From: Amphiscolops sp. MND2022
Lineage: Eukaryota
Direction: 5' to 3'
Length of the DNA: 64,000 nt
Assembly (NCBI GenBank): GCA_964187785.1
Contig: OZ076418.1
Coordinates: 21,948,001 to 22,012,000, forward strand
Both the position numbers and the translations under genes were made by a program. This document shows, in pieces, positions 12,440-23,876 of this stretch; position 1 is the first letter of the stretch, and each line of letters starts with the position of its first letter. The notes under the pieces are model-generated. The model saw nothing but the letters and a program-made list of their open reading frames with translations, was not told the origin of the DNA and searched no databases.

Positions 12440-13260
12440 GACCCAGTTTTGCAATTTTTTATTTTTGACAAACTATTACATCCACTAAGGACGATAATGT
12501 TTTGTTTACAGAAAAGTCATGAAAAACTATATATTTTTTCACAAATTCTATCCCCTATCTTGATACATTGCATTAAAGTTTTTTCTCTGGAATGTTCAGT
12601 TCAACATGGTTTCTTTTCAATATCTTGTAATGAAAGTTATTTGTGTGAACGCTACTTTTGTTGAAAGCATCTGAAAAATTAAAAACGATTTTTTTTCGAA
12701 TTTCAAAACGTTCCAAAATCGAATCTAACTAAGTTAGAAGCGAAACCAGTAGTAAAATGCATAGCTTCTAAGTTTTTGTATATGGATCTCATAAAAATGT
12801 TTGTAGTCAACATGAAAAACTAATAAACTTCCAGTTTCTGTTTTCGAAAATACTATTTCGTCCAAAAGATTTTGGTCTCCTTTATCCGAGTGCAATTATT
12901 TTTTACATTAAGGGGTCCAATTCATTTATTACAGTACTGTAAGCAATTTTGTATTATCGACAGAAACTACTGCATCCATTGATGCGAATAATGTTTTGTT
13001 AAAATAAAAACTGTACTGATATATGGCTTTTCTAAAAATTGACTTTTATGTACCATCTCAAAACATTGCTTCAAGTTTTTCTCTGAAATGTCCTATTATA
13101 TTAAAGAAAGTTTCTTTTTAAAATCTCACAATGGACACTCTTCAAAAACAGTTCATCTAAGAAATTTTGAACAAAAATGTTTATAATCAAGATAAAATTA
13201 AACCTTTTAGTTTGTTTTAGGAAAAAAGTATTTCGTTAAGATATTGGTCTCTCATAACCT
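12440..13260. repeat. Old degenerate direct repeat with ~490-bp period
   Basis: ACTATTACATCCACT..ATAATGTTTTGTT (~12472) vs ACTACTGCATCCATT..ATAATGTTTTGTT (~12967); TTTTTCTCTG.AATGT.C occurs twice. Confidence 0.45.
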
Positions 13261-13311
13261 CGACAGTGATTTCTTCCTAAATGAGGACAACGATTTTTTT
13301 TCGCAATCAAT

Positions 13312-13725
13312 ACCAGAGCCGCATATGCGGTAAAGGAGTCGGCTTAGGTCTTTTTCGTTCTGACTAGCCATACGAATTTGAAGAAATTACACACGAAGAA
13401 CCATAATATGGTGTAGAATGACTGTACACAATTTCGTTCGAATCGTATGGACAGTTTTTGCAAAAATTGAAAAAAGTCGAAAAATGGCTGTTTTTGGCCA
13501 TTTTTGGGTTAATTTTGGATACGTTTATCACATTCCAGTCATACGATTTTGATGCTTTTGCGCATGCAGGAGCCCCTTTTGGTGTAGAATGACTGTGCAA
13601 AATTTCATGAAAATCGTATGGACAGTTTGAGAAATTTGAAATTTTCATGAAAGGTCGGGAGAAAAAAAACAAAAAAACGACACGATTGCATAAGTAGCCG
13701 AAAATTTTTTCCGACTCCTAAAAAA
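13312..13725 (-). mobile_element. HINE-like element, family 2
   Basis: Palindrome CCGCATATGCGG (13319-13330) next to sub-TIR AGGAGTCGG; the inverse CCGACTCCT at 13711 is followed by an A-run; internal ~50-bp direct repeat GGTGTAGAATGACTGT..ATCGTATGGACAGTTT (x2). Confidence 0.65.
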
Positions 13726-15199
13726 ATTTACGAGAAGGCAAAAAGCCTACAGGAAAACAAAAATTTGTCTTTCTTATCGACAATCGATTGGCGTATCTGG
13801 GGTGAGTTATTTGTGACAATGTAGTTTTTTTCCCGAGCCACCGGCAAAAAACGTAACTGGAAAAAAGTGAAAATTTGCAAAAAAATTACTCTTCAGAAAA
13901 TTGGCTTTTGCTAACTGAGCAAATGTTTGCTAAGTTACTATCTCACTGTAGTAACACTTTAGACCACTTTTGAAAACGCATATAGAAGTTTTTCAATAAA
14001 GCTTCAGTTATGAGTTCGACGGGCATTTGAAAGGTGGCCCTAACTCCCAGTCTAGCTAGTTAGAAATAGCTTTCAGGAGCAAAACAACGATTTGAGCTGC
14101 TGCTATTATTCGTGGAGAAAAGAAGCTTTGAAAAAAATTGCCAAATTTTTGTCAATTTTCCAACTTATGCGTGTACTGTCGAGATCATTTTTTACAATCA
14201 GAGGTCCAATTCATTTACTAAAGTATGGTATCACGCTTCGATACTCTGGCGTTCTCTTTTGGCAGGGATAGGGGAGTCCCGTACGACTTCTCACGGGATT
14301 CACAGCATTCAATTAAGCGATCGTTCATTTCAGCCCAAAATTGAATTAGACAATTACGTCTGAGATGTTCCTAATTCGGCAGAGAGAATTAGGCCTTCAC
14401 TTGTTGTACCAAAGGAAGAGTCTTGAACATAATCATGACTAAGCAATGAACGTGGGGTAAATTGATATTAGACGACTATCCTATCAGTTAATGTTGAAAT
14501 TTTGTTAGTTTTTTAGTCGCAGTTTTGAGATATCAATAATTTTAACACTGTCTTCGTTTATGCAAAATTGTTCGTTATTTACAGGACATGGAGTTTATGT
14601 TGGTTGAAAATAGTATGTGCTGTTTCTACACTTGAGAGAAAATTCATCTTCATATCATTACGCCCAAGTTTTAGAGCCAAGCAAAATAGATTACCATCAA
14701 CATATTAACCTATATTGCTTCAAATTCCCCAGTCTTAATAAAAACGGAACTCAAATTCGGGAAAAAACCATTCATAAAAGCTTTTATGTTGTTTGGTACG
14801 AAATTTCCGTCTTTCGTAAAGGTGAATGATAGCTTTTAAAAAACCAATGAACTCTGCTTTTAGAATTTGAGAAAAAGGTTACAAAGAACTGATTCATGAA
14901 CTAACGAACTTGTGTTGAACGGAATATGAACATTGTTTCCAAAGGGAAACTCATTCACGTTGGTTGTATTTACAGTCTTTAATTCATTTGAACTACTACT
15001 TGCTTACTGTATCGATTCGAATGCTCTATTTTAGGGCATTGTAAAAAAGGAATAACATTTTACAGAACAACAACAGTGTTATTCACCGGAATCCATATAA
15101 ACTATAACAATCTTTCCCATTCAGTTTTGTTCGGAAAGTATCTTCTTCATTAGGCGCAGCACTTTTTGTAATCAAAAATATGCTTTTTCATCTAATTCA

Positions 15200-16047
15200 T
15201 AAGCCACCTAATTCGGAAGAAGAATGCGATGAACACGGCGGATTCAATTTTAAAAAGATTGACAGCGAAAAGAGATAGCATTACTCTGTGTCGGAGAACG
15301 GTTAATTAGAGAAATTTCCTATATTCCAGGATAATGCACAATCCTTCCTGTTCAAAGAATGAGAAAAGCCTCAGGACGATTTGGATAATTAGCATGAATG
15401 GTGAACTTGATGCAATTTTGGAGCACAGAAAAAAGCTTTTAAAAAACTGTTCGAAATTCATTCTCATACAAATGGCTTTTGATGCTCAAAATACGCGAAT
15501 ATGGTATCGTTTGTACTTAGCAAAGTGCCTGAGATTCGATATAATTAGACGGTGCACTTATTTCTTCATCTGCTTGCAAATACGAACACTTATATTAGAT
15601 GCTACCGAATGAATTAACATAGAAAAAAGCATATTTTTGCAAACAATAATCTAATTACTCGACGAAAAAACGGCGCCAAAAATTCTGAAAACAAATACTA
15701 TGTGCCTTTCTAGCCTCTTTAGCCGGGAGCAGCAGAAGTCGGTGCTTGAGGCTCAAAAATTAGCAAAGGGAACGTGGTACTATTGTATCCCGGAAAAAAC
15801 TGTTAAAAATATTTCCATTCAGCTTGGAAAAATTCGTAAGCTCAAAAAACGTATCTGCCTAGAACCTATCTCGAGACCTTCTGCGTACGAACCGAGCTCT
15901 CTAACTTCTAGCCAGACCACTATGAGCCGTCAAAACTAAAACTGTAGAATTTTATAGGTTTATTTTGATAACTTCCATTGGGTTGAAAAAAGACAACGAG
16001 TCACTATTAAAGTCGGTTCTTCATTTCAGAGAGCGCCAACGAAAAAA
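15200..16047 (-). mobile_element. Family-1 HINE 5' end + tRNA-like cassette + unrelated ~500-bp cargo
   Basis: 15985-16047 aligns to the family-1 5' end (9170-9236); tRNA-like segment at 15845-15925; body homologous to 6200-6660. Confidence 0.55.
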
Positions 16048-16420
16048 GACAAAATCCGACGAAGTACAATTATACCTAGGTTCCAGGCATGAGATGAAGT
16101 CTAATGATGATTCAATCTAATGCTATATCATGGATTCCAAAAGAATGTAGGATCATAACGGTTATTCGTATGTAATAGAACGATCATTCAAATTGAACGA
16201 CCAAAAAATAACCAGAAATTTTTCAAATATCAAAAACCAGAACTTTAAGTTCAGATCTCAGAAAAGCATCAGAAACAAAGAATCATCAGTATTCCACCAA
16301 TTCGCCACTACGAAGAGCCAGGCGAATGATTCCACTATAGGTCAAACGCATGCAACCCTTGCCAAACTAGAGACTTTCTCGACCAAAACACGAACAACAA
16401 ATAGTTGAACTCAAACTAAC

Positions 16421-16623
16421 CGTATCAACTTGGTGGCAATGGCTACAGGCAGGATGGAGTACAAAAGATCGTCTGCTCGTTTCTTCTCCAGCACCACGTG
16501 TTTAGCCTTTTCCTCCACCAGAGATTCCATGGTTTTGGCGTACTTGTCCATTCTCTGCAGCATGTTCTCCATGATGTTGTCCGGCACGTTCTCCTTCAAA
16601 CAAGCAACTAACGTCTTACATGG
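16421..16623 (-). CDS. Receptor guanylyl cyclase exon 6 (signalling helix / coiled-coil hinge)
   Basis: NIMENMLQRMDKYAKTMESLVEEK...EKKRADDLLYSILP; CAACAG|CCA and CG|GTTAGT junctions. Confidence 0.92.
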
Positions 16624-17183
16624 CTGTTGGAAAGCATCGGGAAAATATGCCACTTTGAACCCTAGTTTCCTTGCGAATGATGAACTTTCTGAATAATCTG
16701 ACTTATTTTGCCATCGAATAGTCCCAACAGTTTACCACAGAAGTTCCAGGCTGCATTAACACTTACATTCTATTTCATTTTTGAAATAAAAATGGACAAG
16801 GTCTACACAAACGGAAGAATCTCAGACAATGTTAAAGAAACAAAGTGATGAAAAAATCAGAAGATATTACTGTGCAGAAAATATTACTGGGCCTTCTAAG
16901 TGGATTCCACTAAATGCAATTCATTTTAGGAAAATACAAATTTGTGTCATCCAATATTTGGCAGAGTAATGAAAATGAATTAGGAATCAGTATAAAAATA
17001 CAATGAAAGGTGGCACACTTTTGAATCAATGAGAAGTATTATAAGTTAGTCGTGTATGTGAGAGACATCTGCCTAGGATCCCGTCTAGAAAGGGTTTAGG
17101 GTCTAGATTCGTTCGGTTTGGATGTCACTGGGGAATTGCCCCTTCCCCGAGGGGTTAGACAAGAACTTATTCAGAAAAAGTAC

Positions 17184-17371
17184 CTTCAACTTGCTGCAGA
17201 CCCAGTTCATGTCAGGGCGGTCGTGGGGGTTCTCAGCCCAGCACAGCTCGATCACGTGCCGTGCATTTCTCAGTCTGGATCTCATGGTCTCCACCACGCC
17301 CTTCTCGTAAGTCTCCAGCTCCTCGGTGAAGTCGCTGTCATCGAACATGGGCCGGAAGGGATTCTTGCCAC
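17184..17371 (-). CDS. Receptor guanylyl cyclase exon 5 (end of kinase-homology domain)
   Basis: GGKNPFRP...IELCWAENPHDRPDM. The phase-1 junction continues EVIKG from exon 4 across a ~16.5-kb intron; CGCAG|GT and AAG|GTAC junctions. Confidence 0.9.
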
Positions 17372-17411
17372 CTGCGAACAAACATGATACCAGTGATTAT
17401 ATAGCAGACAG

Positions 17412-17840
17412 CAGTGATGTACATTTTAACCATTTGTTTACCATTGGTTTAACAAATTGGTTTGTTAAACGTTTTTAACCATTAACCAACCTGTTAAACA
17501 GATTCGGTTAAAAAACCCAATTTTCAACCAATTTTGAAAATAAAAATTTTGTCATTTCTGTGTTCAAAACTCAAAGTCCCAAACACAGAATTCAGAAATG
17601 ATTTAGGAGTTCAAGTAAGGTCAGGCAGTTATGCCTAGTTTCCGCACATTTTCTGAACTCCCAACTACTCATTCGATTGTGTTTTCAAGAACTTTTGAGG
17701 AAATGGCCATAAAAATACCCCTTAAAATGTGCCGCAAAAAGTTGGTTAAATTCAGATTCATGGCGAAAATTGGTTCAACAGATTCGGTTTTTCAATAGGT
17801 TATTGTTAAAAAACGTGTTAAAAAATTTAACACATCACTG
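17412..17840. mobile_element. hAT-like MITE
   Basis: TIR CAGTGATGT / ACATCACTG. TATAGCAG occurs on both sides but is offset by 4 nt on the left. Internal AACCA/TTGGTT repeats. Confidence 0.65.
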
Positions 17841-18299
17841 TATAGCAGCGGCGATAAATCAGGTAACGATCAGTTCAAGACATTAGAGGATGACTAAAAC
17901 AATGGATCAAAATTTTTGCCATCATACTGTTTCTTTATGGTTCGGAGGATTCAAACCAAGCATCATTATGGGTGATGGTTGAAACGATGCTTTTTTTGAT
18001 TGCTTCTAAAATGTTAGAAATTGATTGAAAATTTTAGTTTTGAAAAGAGAGTTTCGAGGTTTTCTCCACCCCTGTCGATTTCGCTAAATGATTAAGCCCT
18101 GCATAGTTTGACAACATTGTTTGCGAATTGCACAAGATCCAAGCATATCCTTTTGTAGTCGTCAAAATGATGCCAAATTAAATTTCGATAACTTGAAAAA
18201 CGCCCACGTCCATCGGAGTCAGTATCCACTTGCCAGTATTAGATGGTTCTCGAAGGTCTAAAAATAAGATTGATAGACACGTCTCTTATTGTGGTATGC

Positions 18300-18597
18300 G
18301 GAAAACTCTTCGAAAACAACTCGCCGAATGCAACTCGCCGAAAACAACTCGTCGAAAATAAAGGGCGGAAAACTGGTCGAATATTAACTCGTCGAATAAT
18401 AACTGAGTGCAAACTCGTCTAATAATTACAGATTACAAACAAGGATTATTCAGTGTTTTCATCACAAAGTTAGCGCTATTTTTGTCTGAGATTATTTTCT
18501 GTCCTTGCGACGAGTTTTCCGCCGGAGCATTTTCGACGAGTTTTCCGTCTAGTATTTTCGACGTTGTTTTCGGCGAGTTGTTTTCGAAGAGTTTTCC
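18300..18597. mobile_element. MITE with TIRs made of short tandem sub-repeats
   Basis: GGAAAACTCTTCGAAAACAACTCGCCGAA / TTCGGCGAGTTGTTTTCGAAGAGTTTTCC; repeated AACTCGYCGAA units. Confidence 0.8.
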
Positions 18598-18964
18598 TAG
18601 ATTCTCTAATTATTCATGATCGAAATGAGCAAAACTAAGTAGGATCAAATAGTCCCTTGGTCATCTATAATCCAAAGTGAAAATGGCCTTAAAAAGAACA
18701 TCACACATTTAGAGCCCTTAATACAGAGGCCAAATAGACAAAAGACAAGCCACTAGAAGACGGGATTCGACGGCCGACCTGAAAGGGTGCATAGCGCCCC
18801 GAATAGAGGCTGAGTCATGCAACCAATTTACAAACGCAGTTCATAGTAAAGTTATCATTTGCGTTCCTGTACAATTAGATTGTAAATGATTACTGTAAAT
18901 CATTTGGTTGCAATTTTCGATTCCTAAAATTGATCATGTCATTGATTCACAGTTCCTTTTTTCC

Positions 18965-19615
18965 TTTTTAGTCGGCGGTTTTCACCTGTAAAAAGTGCTC
19001 GACTCTCACACTGGCAAGTTTTTTGTCAGGGTCTCTGAAGCGTCCAGAGACTTTAATAAAATTTATTTATTAATAATTTTAAATTTTAATAAATTTTATT
19101 ATATGGCCGGTTGGCCTAGCGGTTAACGCATATTTTCAGACCTTGTGACGGTCTGAGAAGCAAGAGTACGTGTGTTCGTGTCCTTGACTGAACCAAAGCT
19201 TTTAATGCTAGCGAAGACGAAAGATCAAAGGGTCCCCAATTTTTTTATGTCTCCAATGCGACTTTTCTATTTTTTTTTAACGAAGCTCCCTTCAATTTTT
19301 ATCAAAAATGAAGCGTTGTGCGAGAATAGAGGGCACCTCAAGCACGGTACTTTTTCGAGAATTTTTTTCATTTCGTCGAAGAGTATCCCCTTCACTCTGA
19401 GAAATTTTCAAGAAGAAATTTTTCAAAAATTGGATTTTTTAATGTTTCCATTTAGGGAAGAAGCGGTTTTCGATTCTTATGGGTATTCCTCCTTCAGGTA
19501 TCTTTTTTTGGCACTGTAAAATCCATTTAAAAATTCACAAGAGTCCTTTAGCGTATTTATAACTTTTTGCTCTGTTTGAACTTGAGCGGGGCGCCTACTA
19601 GGGCCGTTCCCAGGT
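18965..19615 (+). mobile_element. Family-1 HINE-like element (diverged) with tRNA-like cassette at 19105-19200
   Basis: 5' TTTTTAGTCGGCG aligns to the reverse complement of 20160-20236; 3' TTGAGC...GGCGCC.ACT.GGGCCGTTCCC.GGTT is a degenerate family end. Confidence 0.65.
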
Positions 19616-19678
19616 TCCTTCCTTTCTTTACTTCTGCCACAGCATTTTATATTTAATATTTTCTCCCATGTATAACCT

Positions 19679-20236
19679 AACAAGCCGAGAACGGCCAAAG
19701 TCGGCGCTATATCTAAGGCTCAAAATTGTAAAAGGGGGGACTCTTTGGGTTTTGTGAAACTCCAGCTGGTGGCAAAATATGAAAAAAATTGAAGGGGGGA
19801 CCCTTTAAGGACTTTAAAAAATTGCACAAAAAAATTTTAAAATGTGATTTTTGAACAGTGTCACAGTGCCGAAAAATGTAAAAGGGGGACCCTTTGGAAT
19901 TTTCTGACATCCATTGTGTTTTAAAATATTGAAACAAATAAAGGGGGGACCCTTTGGTGCAATCCAAAAAGTTTCAAAAAAAGTCGCATAGTGCCGAAAA
20001 AAAGTGAGGGGGGAGGCTTAGGGGGAGATCGTTAGTGTGTTGTCGAGGTTCTGTTTGTTTTGTTTTCTTTTTCGTTTTGGACGCGCTTCTTAGGTTCGCC
20101 AAGTTGTTGAAGAAATGAACTGAACAAAGAACAAAAAGAAAAGACACAGAAAGAAAAGTGGAACTTTCGTGTCTAAAAAAAACTACCCACTGTAATAGTC
20201 GGGCACATTTTCTACTAAAATGCGCCGACTAAAAAC
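19679..20236 (-). mobile_element. Family-1 HINE-like element
   Basis: AACAA-GCCGAGAACGGC-CAA-AGTCGGCGC ... GCGCCGACT-AAAAA; near-identical layout to 28815-29364. Confidence 0.8.
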
Positions 20237-20299
20237 ACGTTTTGCCGACTTTGGTGTCAATATCGGAAAATCGTCAGCATTTCGTTTTCAGCAAAACGT

Positions 20300-22100
20300 T
20301 TCTATCAGCATTAACTGAATATCACGATACAAGATGAAACTTTCATGGTATCCAACACATGCTTTCTTAAAGAAACGGCAGAAATGTTTGACACATAATT
20401 TTAGATTTTTGCGTATCCAGATTTTCAGTCAAAGCAGAGCGAGCCCCCATTCCAACATGTTGCGCTATTTGCACTCCGAAATTCGAGTGGAAATGGAGCG
20501 GCTCGATTCCCGAGGTGGAATAACAAAATTTGTACCTTGTTAGATGGCTTTGTCCTGAGGCTTGCTTGGAAAAAGGCCTTCGAAATTTCATGTATTCACA
20601 AATATTTTTCCACTTCATTGTACTTCCCTTTGCCGCCGTCAAGGCATTCATAATTTAGGAGGTAAATTCAATCAAAAACTGAGGCCACAAGCAACGCCCA
20701 TTGTTCATTTTTCACATCTTTAAAGCAAACAATTCTCAGTCGAAAGTCTTTTACAAATTAACAACATTCTAATGTCTCCCACGTAAATTTCTTCCAACAA
20801 GATTTCTTTGATATTTTCATATACTTTAGCAATTTGCTTGAACAGTTTCCACAGATGATTTATAATTGAGTAGATAGACAAACAATACAAAAAACTGCGT
20901 GAAAAACTCACAATTGCCACCATTAAGGCAACATAATGAGCAAAAATAACAAGAAGTCACCTTATGTATTTTCTGGTTTTTATTCAAAGTTTGACAAAAA
21001 TGTAGATGCTTTAAATGTCGTAAGATCATTAAATTTGAATAAACCATTGACGAAACTTCGGAATTGTTGAATGATTTCAAAAAGAAACTTTAATGATAAA
21101 TCAACCGTTCACAAACTTGCATCGAGTATCTGTCAATGTCACATGAGTTTGAAAAATTGTCAATAAAAGACCGTAGTTACACCGTACAGAAAACATGACA
21201 TGATTTACCGATTGGTGTTTGAAGAATAGACTTACAATGAAAACTGTACTAGTTTTTTTTTGATAGAAAACGTTGGACGTTTGCCATCTGGATTTTTAAA
21301 GTGGTAACAAAACCGGAATGGAATGACCATCATAATTGTTTGATAATAAAACTTCAAAGCCAAAAAAGATTATCTTCCTTAACGCCAAAGCGTTCAAACG
21401 TTTTTCCACAAAACTACTTGAATTCGATCGAAGTACACACTGTTGACGTTAAAGGATCCATTGGAAACTCTGCATTCAATATCGTAGCAACAAAAATGTC
21501 CGCAAAACATTGGAAGTCAAGTCAAAATAAATTATCACTCGTTTTTAGTGATCTTTCACAGGAGATTTTTTAAAAACAGGAGATCCCCTGAGCATCTTTT
21601 TGCGCTCTGGACCATTTGAGACAAACATTCAAAGCACTGTTAAAAAAATTGAATTTAGGCTTTTTCATAAAAAGTTAATTTATCTTCATGAAATCGTATT
21701 CTACTAACCTTATTTTTTCGCCGTTAAACAATGTGGAAGAAACTCATTTTTTGAGTACAAAATTAGAGCATGACAATTCGAAAACGCCGGCAGAGATTAA
21801 TTTTCCCATATGAAATATAAAGGTAGTAAGTGGGATTACACTTAGGGTTTTTAAAAAGTAAAATTACATAGCCTCAAAAACTTTCCTTAACATTTGATTA
21901 TCACGGCGAGGCATCGATTTGTTCGGTAAAACGCAATGAGAAAGTTGAATTTCGAGTTCACCATGAAGTTTGGCTGTTTTCAACATGCCAAGAACTATTT
22001 CACCGATTGTGTACCAATTAACTTAATTCATTTCGAGCTCAATTCGATCGATGACGTCACATTTTGTTGAGACCAATATAAATTAACTCTCGCTTCATGC
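20300..22100 (-). pseudogene. Heavily decayed hAT-type transposase remnant
   Basis: Broken minus-strand frames give, in hAT order: CLKWS..KDA.GI; TFERFGVKEDN; SIYSIINHLWKLFKQIAKV; WKNICEYMKFRRPF; VLDT.K. Confidence 0.4.
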
Positions 22101-23067
22101 CACTCGAGATGTGGAAAAGTGCCCTAATTTCTTGAGAGGCTGTGTATTTGTTAGTCCACGACATGCATTCACTTTTTTGTGGGTTTGTCCTACTTTTTGG
22201 TTCCAAACACGGCCACAAAAATTGAAATTGATGAAAAATTGTTCATCCATTTTTCAGGCTGTATAAACATTTTTTGTTCAACATACACTTTCGTTCACCA
22301 TTAAGACCAGTAACAATAAAAGAAATGTCACAACTGGTATTAGGGCCAAATTAATTGCAAATCCTCAGCAACGAAAAAACACACAGAATAGAGGAGCACA
22401 GAAATCTCTCTCCAATGTGGTAGAATTGTAGAATGAATGAGAATTCCATTAAACATTGAAACTTGAAAGACCTTGGCATTAATCCGATTATTGATTCAAT
22501 TTTTTATTAATTTTCAAGCACTGAAAATGGTAGACATCTTTTGTTAAAGCAATTTTTGCGACCCTAATTACCATGACAGCTTGTCATTACATTTGACATT
22601 CAAATAAAAATGAAAAATTGGACCATGAAGCGAGCGAGCAGCCAAGAACTGTGCTTTTGGCCTAGAAATTTAATAAAATTATGAAAGAAATCAATTTTCC
22701 AACAGCATTTCCTGCATCTGATTCGAAAGAACTAGTGAATTCGACTTCCTCTATCAATACCCGTCTTTATCATTTTTTATTTTAACATTCCATATTCCAA
22801 AAATCAATATTTCTCAATCGCGTTTCTTCCAAAATTTTGACAGGTTCGAATTTTCTGGACCTTTTTGTGCAAGTTTACTGCTGTATATTGGATACGCTAG
22901 AGCCCTAACAATATTTTCAAACAAAATATTTTAAGGTCGAAAACTCCGGGTGTTCAGTGGGCGTGTCTTGTATGACTTTCACAGCGTCCACTAGGGGGAG
23001 GGCAAGACTGGTTAAAAATATGCAATAATTTTCCAAACTCTCGCGTTTCTTGGGCCAACTTTCGAAA

Positions 23068-23876
23068 CAGTGATTTGACGTGTACTGCCGTAGCTTGTAC
23101 TACTACTCGAGTATTCAGTTAAAGATGCAAGAGAATACATACACGATTGTTTTCTACAATACCCCACAAGTTCTGCCTGTAATATAAATGATCCAGAAGC
23201 GTGTGAATGGACCCGAACGTCAAAGTGTCATTCACTCAAATGACATCAAAAATGTTGAACGTCGTGTTTGCCTTTCAGCGATCAGTATTTTGATGCTTGC
23301 ATGCCTGTGATTGTTCCAATTGAAAATGATGCCCCTATTGCAAAAAATGCAGAAAATTAGACAAATTTGTTCTGGACCCTAATAACAAAAAACTTGGATC
23401 GAGTCACTGGAAGGAGCCTCTTGATACGTTCTTAAAAGCTCCAAAACTCACTCAAACTGTTGATGGTATTTCATATTGGGCAAATAATTTCGATTTTTCC
23501 GATGTCGTGAATTTATACAAAGTTTTGGAAATTCAAATTTGCCCGGTTTCATCTGCTGCTGTTGAAAAAGTATTTAGTTTATGTGGCTTGAGGACTTCCA
23601 ATCGCCGTAATAAACTTTGGAAAAATTTGGTCAAGTTTGCTTTTTGAAATTTGAGCATCTCCGCTATTTCATTTTTCTTCATTAAAAATAATTTGGTAAA
23701 GAAACTTTATATTTATATATATATATATAAAACAATGAAAAATACTGTTGACGGTATTATAGCATCTCCGAAATACCTACCGTTACATGCACGAAATTTT
23801 GAAGGTTGTACTTGAAATACCGAGCACCGAAAGCTTTTATACGCGTCAAATCACTGTTTTCATTTCGAAATCACTG
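23068..23876 (+). mobile_element. Internally deleted hAT transposon with transposase C-terminal remnant
   Basis: TIR CAGTGATTTGACGTGTA / TACGCGTCAAATCACTG; 8-bp TSD TTTCGAAA. Frame 23330-23647 (absent from the ORF track) reads FVLDPNNKKL..LDTFL..DGISYW..CPVSSAAVEKVFSLCGLRTSNRRNKL, the hAT dimerisation motif. Confidence 0.88.

Noticed and set aside
22988-23001. CTCF-like CCACTAGGGGGAG, and YY1-like AAGATGGCGGC at 39906
   Set aside because: Single short motif matches are expected by chance in 64 kb and there is no supporting evidence.
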